A stretch of 64,000 bases of DNA from an uncultured Candidatus Saccharibacteria bacterium. Lineage in GTDB: Bacteria; Patescibacteriota; UBA1384; XYA2-FULL-43-10; 1-14-0-10-43-13. A program made the position numbers and the translations under genes. The stretch covers positions 6,808-70,807 of the forward strand of contig CAYILA010000001.1 of NCBI GenBank assembly GCA_964364265.1. The letters run 5' to 3'. The notes beneath the pieces were generated by a model. The model saw only the letters and a program-made list of their open reading frames with translations, searched no databases and was not told the origin of the DNA. Positions 49,230-58,546 of the stretch are shown one piece after another. Position 1 is the stretch's first letter; every line of letters starts with the position of its first letter.

Positions 49230-50193
49230 AAACTGGAGCGCCCCCGCGGGCGCTCCTTATCTTTTTAGTAGTATAATGGTACCAAGGGGGAATCTCTATA
49301 AGATGATAAATGGAATTATCTTCACCATTGTGGTTAAACGATATCTAAAATTAATAATTATCATCGCGGTTGTTCTGATTCTGATTCTTTCCGCTTCTTT
49401 TATATATTTTAAAAAAAATAATGCCAATAATTCTTCGAGCAACACCAAACAATCGGATCAAAGTGATAAAGATGCCGAGGCAAAAAGAAAATCAGAAGCC
49501 AGAGAAGAAAATATTAATTTGGCAATCAAAAAGGTAATCGTAAAATACGACAACATCGACATCGCAGTCAGTTTTGAAGATATCGACAACGGCGATAGCA
49601 CCAATATTCTTGGCGATAAATTATTCATTGCCGCCAGCACGGTGAAAATTATTGTGGCAACTGATTTTCTGGAACAGATGCAGGATGGGAAATATGGTAT
49701 GAATATGAAAATGGGTAACCATGACGCCAATTATCATCTGGAGCAGATGGTGTCGCAGAGCAACAACGATTCGTGGGCGCTGTTTAATAATTTGCTTTCT
49801 TTCGCCGGCGAGGAGCAATACGCCAAAAAGATTGGTATCACATATGTCAGTTCCAATAATTCGATCAAACCGAATGACATTAACGCATTTTTGGGAAAAC
49901 TTTATCGCGGGGAGTTATTAAATAAAGAAAATACCGATCTTCTATTATCGCTGATGCGTGTTACCCACGACGACCGCTACCTCCCCGGTTCGGCAGTAAA
50001 GGCGAATTACTACCACAAGACCGGAAAATATGAGGCCTATGTCCATGATGTCGGAATCATTGACGATGGGACACACAAATACGCTATTTCAATATTTACA
50101 GATGCGCAGTACAAGGATTACACGATTGACGGCCGGATCCCGATTTTCCACGAGATAGTTGAAGCGGCCTACGCCGCCGCCAATATTAATTAA
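49219..50193 (+). CDS. Class A beta-lactamase-like serine hydrolase, membrane anchored
   Basis: AASTVK (SxxK), SNN, HKTG, HDVGII; the true start is probably downstream, near 49303-49330. Confidence 0.85.
   Translation: MRQKNWSAPAGAPYLFSSIMVPRGNLYKMINGIIFTIVVKRYLKLIIIIAVVLILILSASFIYFKKNNANNSSSNTKQSDQSDKDAEAKRKSEAREENINLAIKKVIVKYDNIDIAVSFEDIDNGDSTNILGDKLFIAASTVKIIVATDFLEQMQDGKYGMNMKMGNHDANYHLEQMVSQSNNDSWALFNNLLSFAGEEQYAKKIGITYVSSNNSIKPNDINAFLGKLYRGELLNKENTDLLLSLMRVTHDDRYLPGSAVKANYYHKTGKYEAYVHDVGIIDDGTHKYAISIFTDAQYKDYTIDGRIPIFHEIVEAAYAAANIN
49235..49266 (+). terminator. Intrinsic terminator
   Basis: GGAGCGCCC-CCGC-GGGCGCTCC followed by a T-rich tail. Confidence 0.7.
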
Positions 50194-50239
50194 TATATAT
50201 AAAACCAAAAAGGACTGTACTGAAAGGTAAAGTCCTTTT

Positions 50240-50314
50240 TGGTAGCCTCAAAGGGAGTCGAACCCTTCTTACCACATTGAAAGCGTGGTGTCCTAACCGA
50301 TAGACGATGAGGCC
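50240..50314 (-). tRNA. tRNA-Glu (TTC)
   Basis: GGCCTCA...CTTTCAA...TGAGGCT-A-CCA. Confidence 0.95.
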
Positions 50315-50340
50315 ATAACTAAACTAATTGAAGGGATTGG

Positions 50341-50417
50341 CCCTTCGACTTGCTCAGGGTCATTCGACTCGCTTCACAAACCATGGTTTACCATGAGCGA
50401 GCGAAGCGAGTCGAATG
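50341..50417. repeat. REP-like hairpins between tRNA-Lys and tRNA-Glu
   Basis: CCCTTCGACTTGCTCAGGG plus a perfect 15-bp inverted repeat CATTCGACTCGCTTC/GAAGCGAGTCGAATG. Confidence 0.75.
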
Positions 50418-50490
50418 GTGGACTGCCTGGGACTCGAACCCAGAACCAATGGCTTAAGAGGCCACTGCTCTACCATTGAGCTAGCAATCC
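50416..50490 (-). tRNA. tRNA-Lys (CTT)
   Basis: GGATTGC...CTCTTAA...GCAGTCC-A-CCA. Confidence 0.95.
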
Positions 50491-50566
50491 CTACCTCGAT
50501 AAAATAGCATAAACTGCCCGTTTAGACAAGGTTACAGGCACAATAATATCGATTAACCTATAAATC

Positions 50567-50648
50567 AAAACGCATCACTTAGGTGGTGCTTTTTTCATTC
50601 CTAAATGCAAAAATAGCAAAACACGAGCCTAAAATAGAACCGTCCCCT
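50567..50648. repeat. 82-bp imperfect direct repeat, copy 1
   Basis: AAAACGCATCACTT.GGTGGTGCTTTTTTCATTCC...AGAACCGTCCCCT; second copy at 51515-51596. Confidence 0.85.
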
Positions 50649-50665
50649 CATTACGAACTAGTAAT

Positions 50666-50992
50666 TTATCGTCTGTTGGCAAAATGGGTAAATGTATTAA
50701 AATAGCGCATCCAGTGATTATCGGAACGAGTGTCGCGATCCAAATACCATTTAGCTAATAATTCCCGGCTGCGCAGTAATTCTTTGAGGCGTTTGCGATT
50801 TTTAGGATCAGTTACGGTAAGATCAAGTAATTCAAGTGCCCTCTCAAAAGAAACTTCCATATAGTCGAATCGGCCTTTATTGCGCCAGTTAATAGTACGA
50901 GAAATTTCACTGCCAATATTTGCCATTTGATAAGACACAGTTTGAGCAAACCAATGGTCTAATCTCAAATTTTTGTGGTAATACAAGTTCAT
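50666..50992 (-). CDS. Conserved helical hypothetical protein paired with DUF5674
   Basis: QMANIGSEISR..W...FERALELLDLT; start overlaps the upstream stop. Confidence 0.7.
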   Translation of the reverse strand: MNLYYHKNLRLDHWFAQTVSYQMANIGSEISRTINWRNKGRFDYMEVSFERALELLDLTVTDPKNRKRLKELLRSRELLAKWYLDRDTRSDNHWMRYFNTFTHFANRR

Positions 50993-51339
50993 ATTGTTAT
51001 CAGTTTCGCGACGATTGAACGGATTTTTTCTTGCAGTTTCTCGTCATCAACACTTCGAGAGCGATTATTTTGCGAAGGTCGAAGATTAATCATTGAATCA
51101 AACTCGATAAAGTCATCGGTACCAAAAAGCTCGGGATAAAGATTAATACCCCAAAGATTTTGTTGAGCTGATTCGGATTCGATCATGGCTGCTTCCTCGT
51201 CCGCATGCATTTCAGCATCAACAACCAATATTTCTTTTTCGACATCGACTACCGCCTTGACCAGATTACCAAACATCTTTTCTGCCATTTCGGCCAGTTC
51301 ATGATTGGAGATTGGATTGTTTGCCGTAATCGTTTTCAT
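50989..51339 (-). CDS. DUF5674 family protein
   Basis: VKAVVDVE, HADEE, LWGINLYP, IEFDSMINLRP. Confidence 0.75.
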   Translation of the reverse strand: MKTITANNPISNHELAEMAEKMFGNLVKAVVDVEKEILVVDAEMHADEEAAMIESESAQQNLWGINLYPELFGTDDFIEFDSMINLRPSQNNRSRSVDDEKLQEKIRSIVAKLITI

Positions 51340-51514
51340 GCTTTGACAATACCATAAGCGCTAGCAGTTTTCCAGCAGCCATTCAATACCCCGTGCCTCT
51401 TTGCCAGATTCATTAAAGGTAAGCATCGATTGTTACGACCAAGCTAAAAGATGTTCAAAACGAAGTTCATTGATGCTACCAACCTTCATCAAGATTGCGG
51501 CCGGCAGGCCATGA

Positions 51515-51596
51515 AAAACGCATCACTTCGGTGGTGCTTTTTTCATTCCCAAATAAAGAAATAGCAAAATACGAGCCTAAAAGAGAACCGTCCCCT
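51515..51596. repeat. 82-bp imperfect direct repeat, copy 2
   Basis: Matches 50567-50648. Confidence 0.85.
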
Positions 51597-51630
51597 AATC
51601 CCGCCATGGAGAATAAATTTAATCATATTA

Positions 51631-52182
51631 TTATAGTCCCAACCGGTCGGAGATGCCCTGCATCGCTTTTAAAACGGTGGCAATATGCTCATCGAGATCG
51701 ATGCCCAGTTCTTCGGCTCCTTTGATTATATCCTCACGGCTAATAGCGGCCGAAAAACCTTTTTGTTTCATTCTTTTTCTGACGGATTTCACCTCAACTT
51801 CAGATATTTTCTTAGTTGGTCTAATCAGGGCGGTGGCAGTAATCAAACCGGTTAATTCATCGACGGCAAATAGAGTTTTGGCCATTTTGGTTTCTCTTTT
51901 TACTCCGGTGTAATCACCATGCCCCATTATTGCATCAACCCATTCGCTTGGGACATTCTTTTCTTTTAATATCTCGCAACCCTTGTAGGGATGACCATCT
52001 TCTTGGGGATATTTTTCATAATCAAAATCATGTAATAGCCCAACAATACCCCAGCTCTCCTCATCTTCACCGAATATTTTTGCGTATGCCCGCATTGCCG
52101 CTTCAACTGCCAAGCTATGCTTAATCAAACCTTCTTTGCTCGTATATTCCGTCAATAGTTTGTAAGCTTCATCTCTATTCAT
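51631..52182 (-). CDS. HD-domain (HDIG-type) phosphohydrolase
   Basis: KHSLAVE, GLLHDFDYE, AVDELTG. Confidence 0.88.
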   Translation of the reverse strand: MNRDEAYKLLTEYTSKEGLIKHSLAVEAAMRAYAKIFGEDEESWGIVGLLHDFDYEKYPQEDGHPYKGCEILKEKNVPSEWVDAIMGHGDYTGVKRETKMAKTLFAVDELTGLITATALIRPTKKISEVEVKSVRKRMKQKGFSAAISREDIIKGAEELGIDLDEHIATVLKAMQGISDRLGL

Positions 52183-52451
52183 ATCATTTCAGCTATCATT
52201 ATTAATGAGATCGCATCAGAAATAATTTAGCACAGCTGGAGCAAGAATAAAACAGCTGACTATGTTGAAAAATATCTAAATAAAGAGTATAGTTCCAATT
52301 AGTTCGTATTAAAATAATTAACAAATTTCCCCAGTTAAAGCTAATGAAATACAAAAATTTTAAGTTCGATACTAATAAATCTTATAGTATGATTGCAGAG
52401 ACCGGAATTTCCGTCTAGTTTTTCATTGGTTTTGGGAATTGAAAGGATTCC

Positions 52452-53975
52452 ATGCTAAATATTGTTCTTACAGCCATCGCCGGCGTGCTTGTCGGCGGAA
52501 TTTTGGGATTTGTCCTATTTAAAATTTTATCTTCCAAGAAAGTTTCAAAGGCAAAGTTGGAGGCGGATAAAATTATCGAGAGAGCGAAGACAGAGGAGAA
52601 AGAAATTCTTCTCGTAGCTAAGGATGAGGCCTTGAAAGAGAAGGAAGAAGCCAAAAAGACTTATCAGGAGAAAGAAAAATATCTCGAAAAAACAGAGATG
52701 GATCTTCGAAAGAGAGAGCTCTCGATTGACACCCGTTTTGATGAACTTGATAAATCACAAAAAGAGTTGACCGGAAAAGAAAAGCAGATTGAAGATATCA
52801 AACAGGCGCTTCGCGATTTGCGAAAAAAACAGGAAGAGAGTTTGGAGCGGATCGCCAAAATGAATAAAGATGATGCCAAGAAAGTTCTTTTGGAATTGGC
52901 AGAACGCGAGGGTAAGGAGGATTTGGTTAAGAAGTTAAAAGAAGTCGATACTTATGTCAAAGACAATGTTGACGATAAGGTAAAAAGAATTATGGTCACA
53001 GCCATGCAAAGGTTGGCATCAGAGACAGCTTCGGAGACAACAATTGCCACAATTCAACTTCCAAACGAAGAAATGAAGGGACGAATTATCGGCAAGGAAG
53101 GCCGCAATATTCAGGCCTTTGAAAAGACGACAGGAGTCGATGTAATCATTGACGACACGCCGGAGGCGGTTGTTCTCTCGACCTTTGACCCGATCCGCCG
53201 ACAGGTGGCGCGGGTAACATTAGCTGAATTAATCTCCGACGGCAGAATCCATCCGACATCGATTGAAGCCGCTTTTGAAAAGGCCAAAAAAATCGTTTCT
53301 GCCGATATTAAAAAGTCAGGCGAAGAGGCCTGTTACGAAGTCGGTGTCACCGGTTTGCCGCAGGAAATTATGCAAATATTAGGCCGTCTAAAATTTCGGA
53401 CTTCCTTCGGCCAAAATCAACTTGACCACTCCATTGAAGTTGCCAGAATCGGCGGACTTTTGGCCGATGAATTGGGCGCCGATGTTTTTCTGACCAAAAA
53501 AGCTTGTCTGCTTCACGATTTGGGCAAGGCGATTGACCATGAGGTTCCGGGATCACATGCCATAATCTCGGCTGATATCGCCAGAAAGTTCAAACTTTCG
53601 GCTGATCTCATCCACGCCATTGAAGCCCATCACACCGATGTTGAGCCGGAAACAGTTGAAGCGATTTTAGTTCAAGTGGCCGACGCCATTTCGGCTTCGC
53701 GCCCCGGTTCTCGCCGAGAATCATTTGAACTATATATCAAAAGATTAGAAGAGTTGGAACGGGTTGCCAATTCATTCTCGGGCGTAGAAAAATCTTACGC
53801 CGTTCAAGCCGGTCGAGAAGTTCGTGTCATTGTTATCCCGACGGAGATTGACGATTTGGTAGCGGCCAAGATGGCCAAAGATATCGCTAAGAAAATTGAA
53901 GAGGAAGTGCAATACCCGGGTCAGGTCAAGGTAACAGTTATCCGAGAAACCCGGGCAGTCGAAGTGGCACGGTAA
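52452..53975 (+). CDS. rny: Ribonuclease Y
   Basis: N-terminal TM helix, coiled coil, KH motif (KGRIIGKEGRNI), HD motif (LLHDLGKA). Confidence 0.97.
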   Translation: MLNIVLTAIAGVLVGGILGFVLFKILSSKKVSKAKLEADKIIERAKTEEKEILLVAKDEALKEKEEAKKTYQEKEKYLEKTEMDLRKRELSIDTRFDELDKSQKELTGKEKQIEDIKQALRDLRKKQEESLERIAKMNKDDAKKVLLELAEREGKEDLVKKLKEVDTYVKDNVDDKVKRIMVTAMQRLASETASETTIATIQLPNEEMKGRIIGKEGRNIQAFEKTTGVDVIIDDTPEAVVLSTFDPIRRQVARVTLAELISDGRIHPTSIEAAFEKAKKIVSADIKKSGEEACYEVGVTGLPQEIMQILGRLKFRTSFGQNQLDHSIEVARIGGLLADELGADVFLTKKACLLHDLGKAIDHEVPGSHAIISADIARKFKLSADLIHAIEAHHTDVEPETVEAILVQVADAISASRPGSRRESFELYIKRLEELERVANSFSGVEKSYAVQAGREVRVIVIPTEIDDLVAAKMAKDIAKKIEEEVQYPGQVKVTVIRETRAVEVAR

Positions 53976-53984
53976 TCGCCCAAT

Positions 53985-54114
53985 AATTTCTAAATCCTAA
54001 TATCTAAATCCGAAACAATATAAAAATTCAAATAGGAAATCTAAAAATATTTTGTATTTGGATATTTTGAAAATTAAAATTTGTTTAGGATTTAGGATTT
54101 AGATATTCGTATTT
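53985..54114. repeat. Inverted pair of degenerate heptamer arrays
   Basis: CTAAATC/CTAATAT-type units followed by GATTTAG-type units. Confidence 0.7.
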
Positions 54115-54153
54115 ACTCACTTTATAACAAATAAAATTTAATAAGATTATTTA

Positions 54154-54951
54154 ATGACTAAGAACATAATCAAGATATTATTCCTGGGGGATATTGTCGG
54201 GAAGCCGGGACGGGGGGCGGTCAAGCATTTCCTGCCTATTTTAAAAGATCAAGAAAAGATTGATCTTTGTTTTGCCAATGGCGAAAACTTAACACACGGC
54301 TCCGGAATGTCGTACGAAAAGTATGACGAGGTCATACAAGCCGGTGTCGATTATTTTACCTCCGGTAACCATATTTGGGCGAGAGAGGAATTTGCCCTCC
54401 GGCTTGATGACAAGAATATAAAAGTTTTACGACCAGCCAACTATCCTCCTTCTTCGAACGGCCGAGGCAGTGTCGAGATTGAATATCAAGATCAAAAAAT
54501 ACTGCTTATAAATCTTGCCGGTCAGGTCTTTATGGCCGATGAGGTCAAAAACCCCTTTTTAGCAGCCGATGAGATTATCAAAAAAAACAAAAACAGCATT
54601 ATTATAATTGATTTTCATGCCGAAGCCACAAGCGAAAAAGTGGCATTGGGACTATATTTAGACGGTAGAGTCGGGGCAGTTATCGGTACCCACACACATA
54701 TTCAGACAGCCGATGATAAAATTTTATCGGCTGGTACTGCGTATATAACTGATACGGGGATGTGCGGACCGACAGATTCGGTGCTCGGTGTTGAGAAGGA
54801 GATAATAATTGAAAAATTCTTGACAGGCCTGCCTAAAGCGCATAAAGTGGCAAGTGGAGATAGTATTTTCCAAGGCGTCATTATTGAGATTGATGCCGAG
54901 ACAAAAAAAGCGACCTGCATAAAACGAATTTCAGAAATTTATAAACAATAA
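54154..54951 (+). CDS. ymdB: YmdB-type metallophosphoesterase
   Basis: GDIVG, NGEN, SGNH, DFHAEATSEK, GTHTH; follows rny. Confidence 0.9.
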   Translation: MTKNIIKILFLGDIVGKPGRGAVKHFLPILKDQEKIDLCFANGENLTHGSGMSYEKYDEVIQAGVDYFTSGNHIWAREEFALRLDDKNIKVLRPANYPPSSNGRGSVEIEYQDQKILLINLAGQVFMADEVKNPFLAADEIIKKNKNSIIIIDFHAEATSEKVALGLYLDGRVGAVIGTHTHIQTADDKILSAGTAYITDTGMCGPTDSVLGVEKEIIIEKFLTGLPKAHKVASGDSIFQGVIIEIDAETKKATCIKRISEIYKQ

Positions 54952-54965
54952 TCCACCCGAAGGAG

Positions 54966-55247
54966 GTGAATACTATGAACAAGAGCGAATTAATCAACGA
55001 AGTGGCCAGAAAGACAGGACTTTCTAGAAGAGAATCGGAAGTCGGAGTCCAAACAGCCCTCGATGTGATTTCAAATGAGCTGGCAAAAGACAAGAAAGTC
55101 ACGCTAACCGGATTTGGGACATTTGATGTCGGACGGAGAAAAGCCAGGACCGGCGTCAATCCAAGGACAGGTTCTCCGATCAAGATCTCGGCGACAAAGA
55201 TGCCTAGGTTCAAACCAAGCCGTGGCTTGCGTTCGGATGTTAAATAA
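54966..55247 (+). CDS. hup: HU family DNA-binding protein
   Basis: MNKSELI, GFGTF, RTGVNPRTG. Confidence 0.93.
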   Translation: MNTMNKSELINEVARKTGLSRRESEVGVQTALDVISNELAKDKKVTLTGFGTFDVGRRKARTGVNPRTGSPIKISATKMPRFKPSRGLRSDVK

Positions 55248-55257
55248 TGGTTATACG

Positions 55258-55295
55258 AAAAAGCCCCTACGCCAGTTGGCGGACGAGGGCTTTTT
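55258..55295 (+). terminator. Intrinsic terminator with a CGCCA/TGGCG hairpin
   Basis: AAAAAGCCC...CGCCAGTTGGCG...GGGCTTTTT. Confidence 0.65.
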
Positions 55296-55441
55296 CTTGA
55301 GGGTTGTTTTAATTTTCTAATTTTGTTCTAAATACGATTGGTCGTCGTTTTTTTGTTTCTCCTGCATTGACTTTAAGCCCATTTTCTATTACAATATTAA
55401 ACTGTACACGATTTGCTGATATGATTGTTTTGTGGGTACAT

Positions 55442-55518
55442 CGGGGTGTGGCTCAGTTGGCTAGAGCGCCGCGTTTGGGACGCGGAGGTCCCCAGTTCGA
55501 GTCTGGGCACCCCGACCA
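55442..55518 (+). tRNA. tRNA-Pro (TGG)
   Basis: CGGGGTG...TTTGGGA...CACCCCG-A-CCA. Confidence 0.95.
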
Positions 55519-55576
55519 TCTCGCTTTGCTCGATGTAAACTTAATAGAAATGAGTTTACACTGAACGAAGTGAAGT

Positions 55577-55651
55577 GCGGGTATAACACAACGGTTCGTG
55601 TGCCTGCCTTCCAAGCAGGATATGCGGGTTCGACTCCCGCTACCCGCTCCA
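55577..55651 (+). tRNA. tRNA-Gly (TCC)
   Basis: GCGGGTA...CTTCCAA...TACCCGC-T-CCA. Confidence 0.95.
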
Positions 55652-55659
55652 AAATTTAT

Positions 55660-55735
55660 GGCGGCCATGGTGAAGTGGTTATCACGGCAGTCTGTGGCAC
55701 TGCAATGATGGGTTCAATTCCCATTGGCCGCCCCA
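55660..55735 (+). tRNA. tRNA-His (GTG)
   Basis: Encoded G-1, loop CTGTGGC, C73-CCA. Confidence 0.95.
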
Positions 55736-55749
55736 TTGGAATTATATGT

Positions 55750-55826
55750 GCGCCCTTAGCTCAGTTGGATAGAGCGCCACGCTTCGGACGTGGAGGTCGG
55801 GGGTTCGAATCCCTCAGGGCGTACCA
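55750..55826 (+). tRNA. tRNA-Arg (TCG)
   Basis: CCACG-CTTCGGA-CGTGG anticodon arm, A20, CCA. Confidence 0.93.
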
Positions 55827-55861
55827 TAATTCCTGTGTAATATTGATGCTATTTAAAATAT

Positions 55862-55937
<76 letters not shown>

Positions 55938-56010
55938 TTGAGCCGGATGGCTCTTTTTTGTTTGCCATAAAAGGTATTTTGATTTATGATGAAATAAAAC
56001 AAGGAGGGGA

Positions 56011-57732
56011 TTGAAGAATATATTTAAGCTCATTACATTAGCGTTTCTTGGATTTCTAATCTCGCTCATATTACGACCTCATACTGCATTCGCTAAGAGC
56101 GAAAGTATTGTCATTAACGAGATTTATTACAATGTGGCAACCGAGATGGGTGACGACCCGGCGGCCGAGTGGGTTGAGCTTTATAATAGTGGCGATGATG
56201 AGATTAATATCAGAAATTGGACTTTAGCTGACAACTCTGGAAACGATAAAATATTATCAACAACGGATTTAACTATCGCGGCCAAGTCATTCGTCCTAAT
56301 TTCGAGAAGCAATACTATCTGGGCAAAGTGGGGAATTAATCCTCTAACATCGTCGGAAATTACCTTTATTGAACTAACCGGAACTAATATTTACAATCTG
56401 GCCAAAGGCGGGGATCGCCTGCTTTTGAAAAACGACAGCGGGGAAGCGGTCGACGAGGTAAGCTTCGGAACGGATGAAACTTATTATGATATTGCGGCGG
56501 CGGAAGAGGGCAGTTCGCTCGACCGAAAAAATTTGGGAATAGATAATGATTTAGGAAGCGATTTTACAAATCGCCCCTCCCCCACTCCCGGAGAGGAATT
56601 TATTCCGTTAATTTATTCGGATGAAATTGTTTTGAATGAAATTGCGCCCGAGCCGAGCGAGGGAGTCGGTTTTGAATTTATCGAACTATATAATTCAAGC
56701 GATTTAGTCCTCGATATTTCCGGTTGGCAATTAGCCGATATGAAGGGGGCGACGAAAACTTTTACTATACCGGCATCAACAATAATCCCAGCGAAAAGTT
56801 ATCTTGTTTTCTATCGAACCGAGACAGGGATTTCTTTGAATGATGACGGCGACGGTGTGTTTTTGATCGATCCGAACGGCGATTACAGGGATGAAATTTC
56901 TTATGACAGCGCAATCAGAGGGGAGAGCTTTTCAAAATTTGGGAGTAGCTGGCAATGGAGTGAAAAGCAGACACCCGGTTCGGAAAACCGACTGGTTCAG
57001 TCGGTTGTTTCGAGGGAAGAGGAGACGGGCGGCGGGATTTTGGGGAGCATAAACGAGGCAAAACAATATCAGAATGGCGACGAGGTCGCATTAGTCGGTA
57101 TTGTAACTACACTACCGGGCGAAATTTCAAGCCAGTATTTCTTTATCCAAGACGAGACCGGCGGAATTGAGGTTTATTCATATTACAAAACTTTTCCGAA
57201 CCTGAATCGCGGCGATAAGATAAAAGTAACCGGCCAGTTGTCCGACTACTATGGAACAAGAAGGATTAAAATAAATTCCATTTCCGATATCGAAATAATA
57301 AGTCCTAACGCCATGCCGCCGCCAATCGTAGCGAAAATTCCTGAAATAGGCGAACAGTATGAGAGCCAATATATAAAAACCAAAGGCAAAATCAGTTATA
57401 CTTCCGGTTCGGTCTTTAGGATGACAGAGGGAAGTAGGGAGATTCAGGTTGAAATTAAATCCGGAACAGGTATAAAAAAACCGAAAATGCGTAAAGGCGA
57501 TCTTTTTGAGGTTGCCGGCATATTAATCCAGTATAAAAACGGTTATAAACTCTTGCCGTTTTTGCAAGATGATGTTAAAATTATCCAGTCAAATTCCGGT
57601 TCACTTCCGAAATCCGGATTGGACCAGATGATTTATTTAATTATTACAGCGCTTATTTATTCCTTATGGAATTTATTTCAAACAGTTCGCTCGAAACTGA
57701 AGAATTTGCCTCAAAACTTGTCGCCAGATTAG
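56011..57732 (+). CDS. Secreted lamin-tail-domain and OB-fold protein
   Basis: Two INE...EWVELYN/EFIELYN..TPG repeats; IQDETGGI..GDKIKVTG OB fold; C-terminal anchor. Confidence 0.82.
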   Translation: MKNIFKLITLAFLGFLISLILRPHTAFAKSESIVINEIYYNVATEMGDDPAAEWVELYNSGDDEINIRNWTLADNSGNDKILSTTDLTIAAKSFVLISRSNTIWAKWGINPLTSSEITFIELTGTNIYNLAKGGDRLLLKNDSGEAVDEVSFGTDETYYDIAAAEEGSSLDRKNLGIDNDLGSDFTNRPSPTPGEEFIPLIYSDEIVLNEIAPEPSEGVGFEFIELYNSSDLVLDISGWQLADMKGATKTFTIPASTIIPAKSYLVFYRTETGISLNDDGDGVFLIDPNGDYRDEISYDSAIRGESFSKFGSSWQWSEKQTPGSENRLVQSVVSREEETGGGILGSINEAKQYQNGDEVALVGIVTTLPGEISSQYFFIQDETGGIEVYSYYKTFPNLNRGDKIKVTGQLSDYYGTRRIKINSISDIEIISPNAMPPPIVAKIPEIGEQYESQYIKTKGKISYTSGSVFRMTEGSREIQVEIKSGTGIKKPKMRKGDLFEVAGILIQYKNGYKLLPFLQDDVKIIQSNSGSLPKSGLDQMIYLIITALIYSLWNLFQTVRSKLKNLPQNLSPD

Positions 57733-58091
57733 AAGGCGGGATTTTGGCGTTGTCCGGGGATTTGGGGGCAGGCAAGACAACATTTGTAAAAGGATTGGCC
57801 AAAGGGCTTGGGATTACGAAAAACATTACCAGCCCGACTTTTGTGATTTTAAAAAGTTACAAAACTAACGGTAGAGGCGGCATCAGGCATTTGGTACATC
57901 TGGATTGTTACCGCATGGAAGACAAAAGCGATGCCGAGGGTATCGGTTTACCTGAATATTTCAAGCAAAAAGGGACATTGGTTCTGATTGAATGGCCTGA
58001 AAAAATCGAAAGTATTCTCCCTCGGACGACAAAATATATTAATTTTGAGTATTTGGAGGAAAATTCCAGAAAAATAAGGGCGGATTTCTAA
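57666..58091 (+). CDS. tsaE: t6A biosynthesis ATPase TsaE
   Basis: GDLGAGKT, SPTF, HLDCYR, IEWP. Confidence 0.95.
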   Translation: MEFISNSSLETEEFASKLVARLEGGILALSGDLGAGKTTFVKGLAKGLGITKNITSPTFVILKSYKTNGRGGIRHLVHLDCYRMEDKSDAEGIGLPEYFKQKGTLVLIEWPEKIESILPRTTKYINFEYLEENSRKIRADF

Positions 58092-58495
58092 TGATTTTAT
58101 TTATCGATACAACCTCACTCGAGACAAAAATCGGTCTGTTGAATGAAACCGGAAATTTTATTGATCAGATTGAGTGGACCAGTCGATTTAATCAATCGGA
58201 AGAACTTATCTCTAAAATTGAGGACTTATTACAAAAGAACAGAATCAAAAAAGATGATCTTGGAAAAATTGTCGTTATAACCGGTCCCGGTTCCTATACC
58301 GGTGTCAGGATAGGAGTGACGACTGCGAATTTTATCGGATTGGGTCTGAATATTCCGGTATTGGGTTTGAAAAAGAGCTCTATTGTGGATATCGGAAAGA
58401 TAATTTCCGGGGACAATTCTGATTGTTTTTTAGATCCGGTAATGCCCTATTACGAAAGATTGCCAAATATTACCAAACCCAAAAAAAAGTTATGA
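58091..58495 (+). CDS. tsaB: t6A biosynthesis protein TsaB (short form)
   Basis: LFIDT, GPGSYTGVRIG. Confidence 0.9.
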   Translation: MILFIDTTSLETKIGLLNETGNFIDQIEWTSRFNQSEELISKIEDLLQKNRIKKDDLGKIVVITGPGSYTGVRIGVTTANFIGLGLNIPVLGLKKSSIVDIGKIISGDNSDCFLDPVMPYYERLPNITKPKKKL

Positions 58496-58546
58496 TTATG
58501 GACGGATCAAACATTTATTTGATATAATAAAAATGCAAAAACAAAA

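Noticed and set aside
51360-51500. Possible degraded gene fragment (PIN-like) inside the direct-repeat cassette
   Set aside because: Interrupted by stops, and the similarity is too weak to call by eye.
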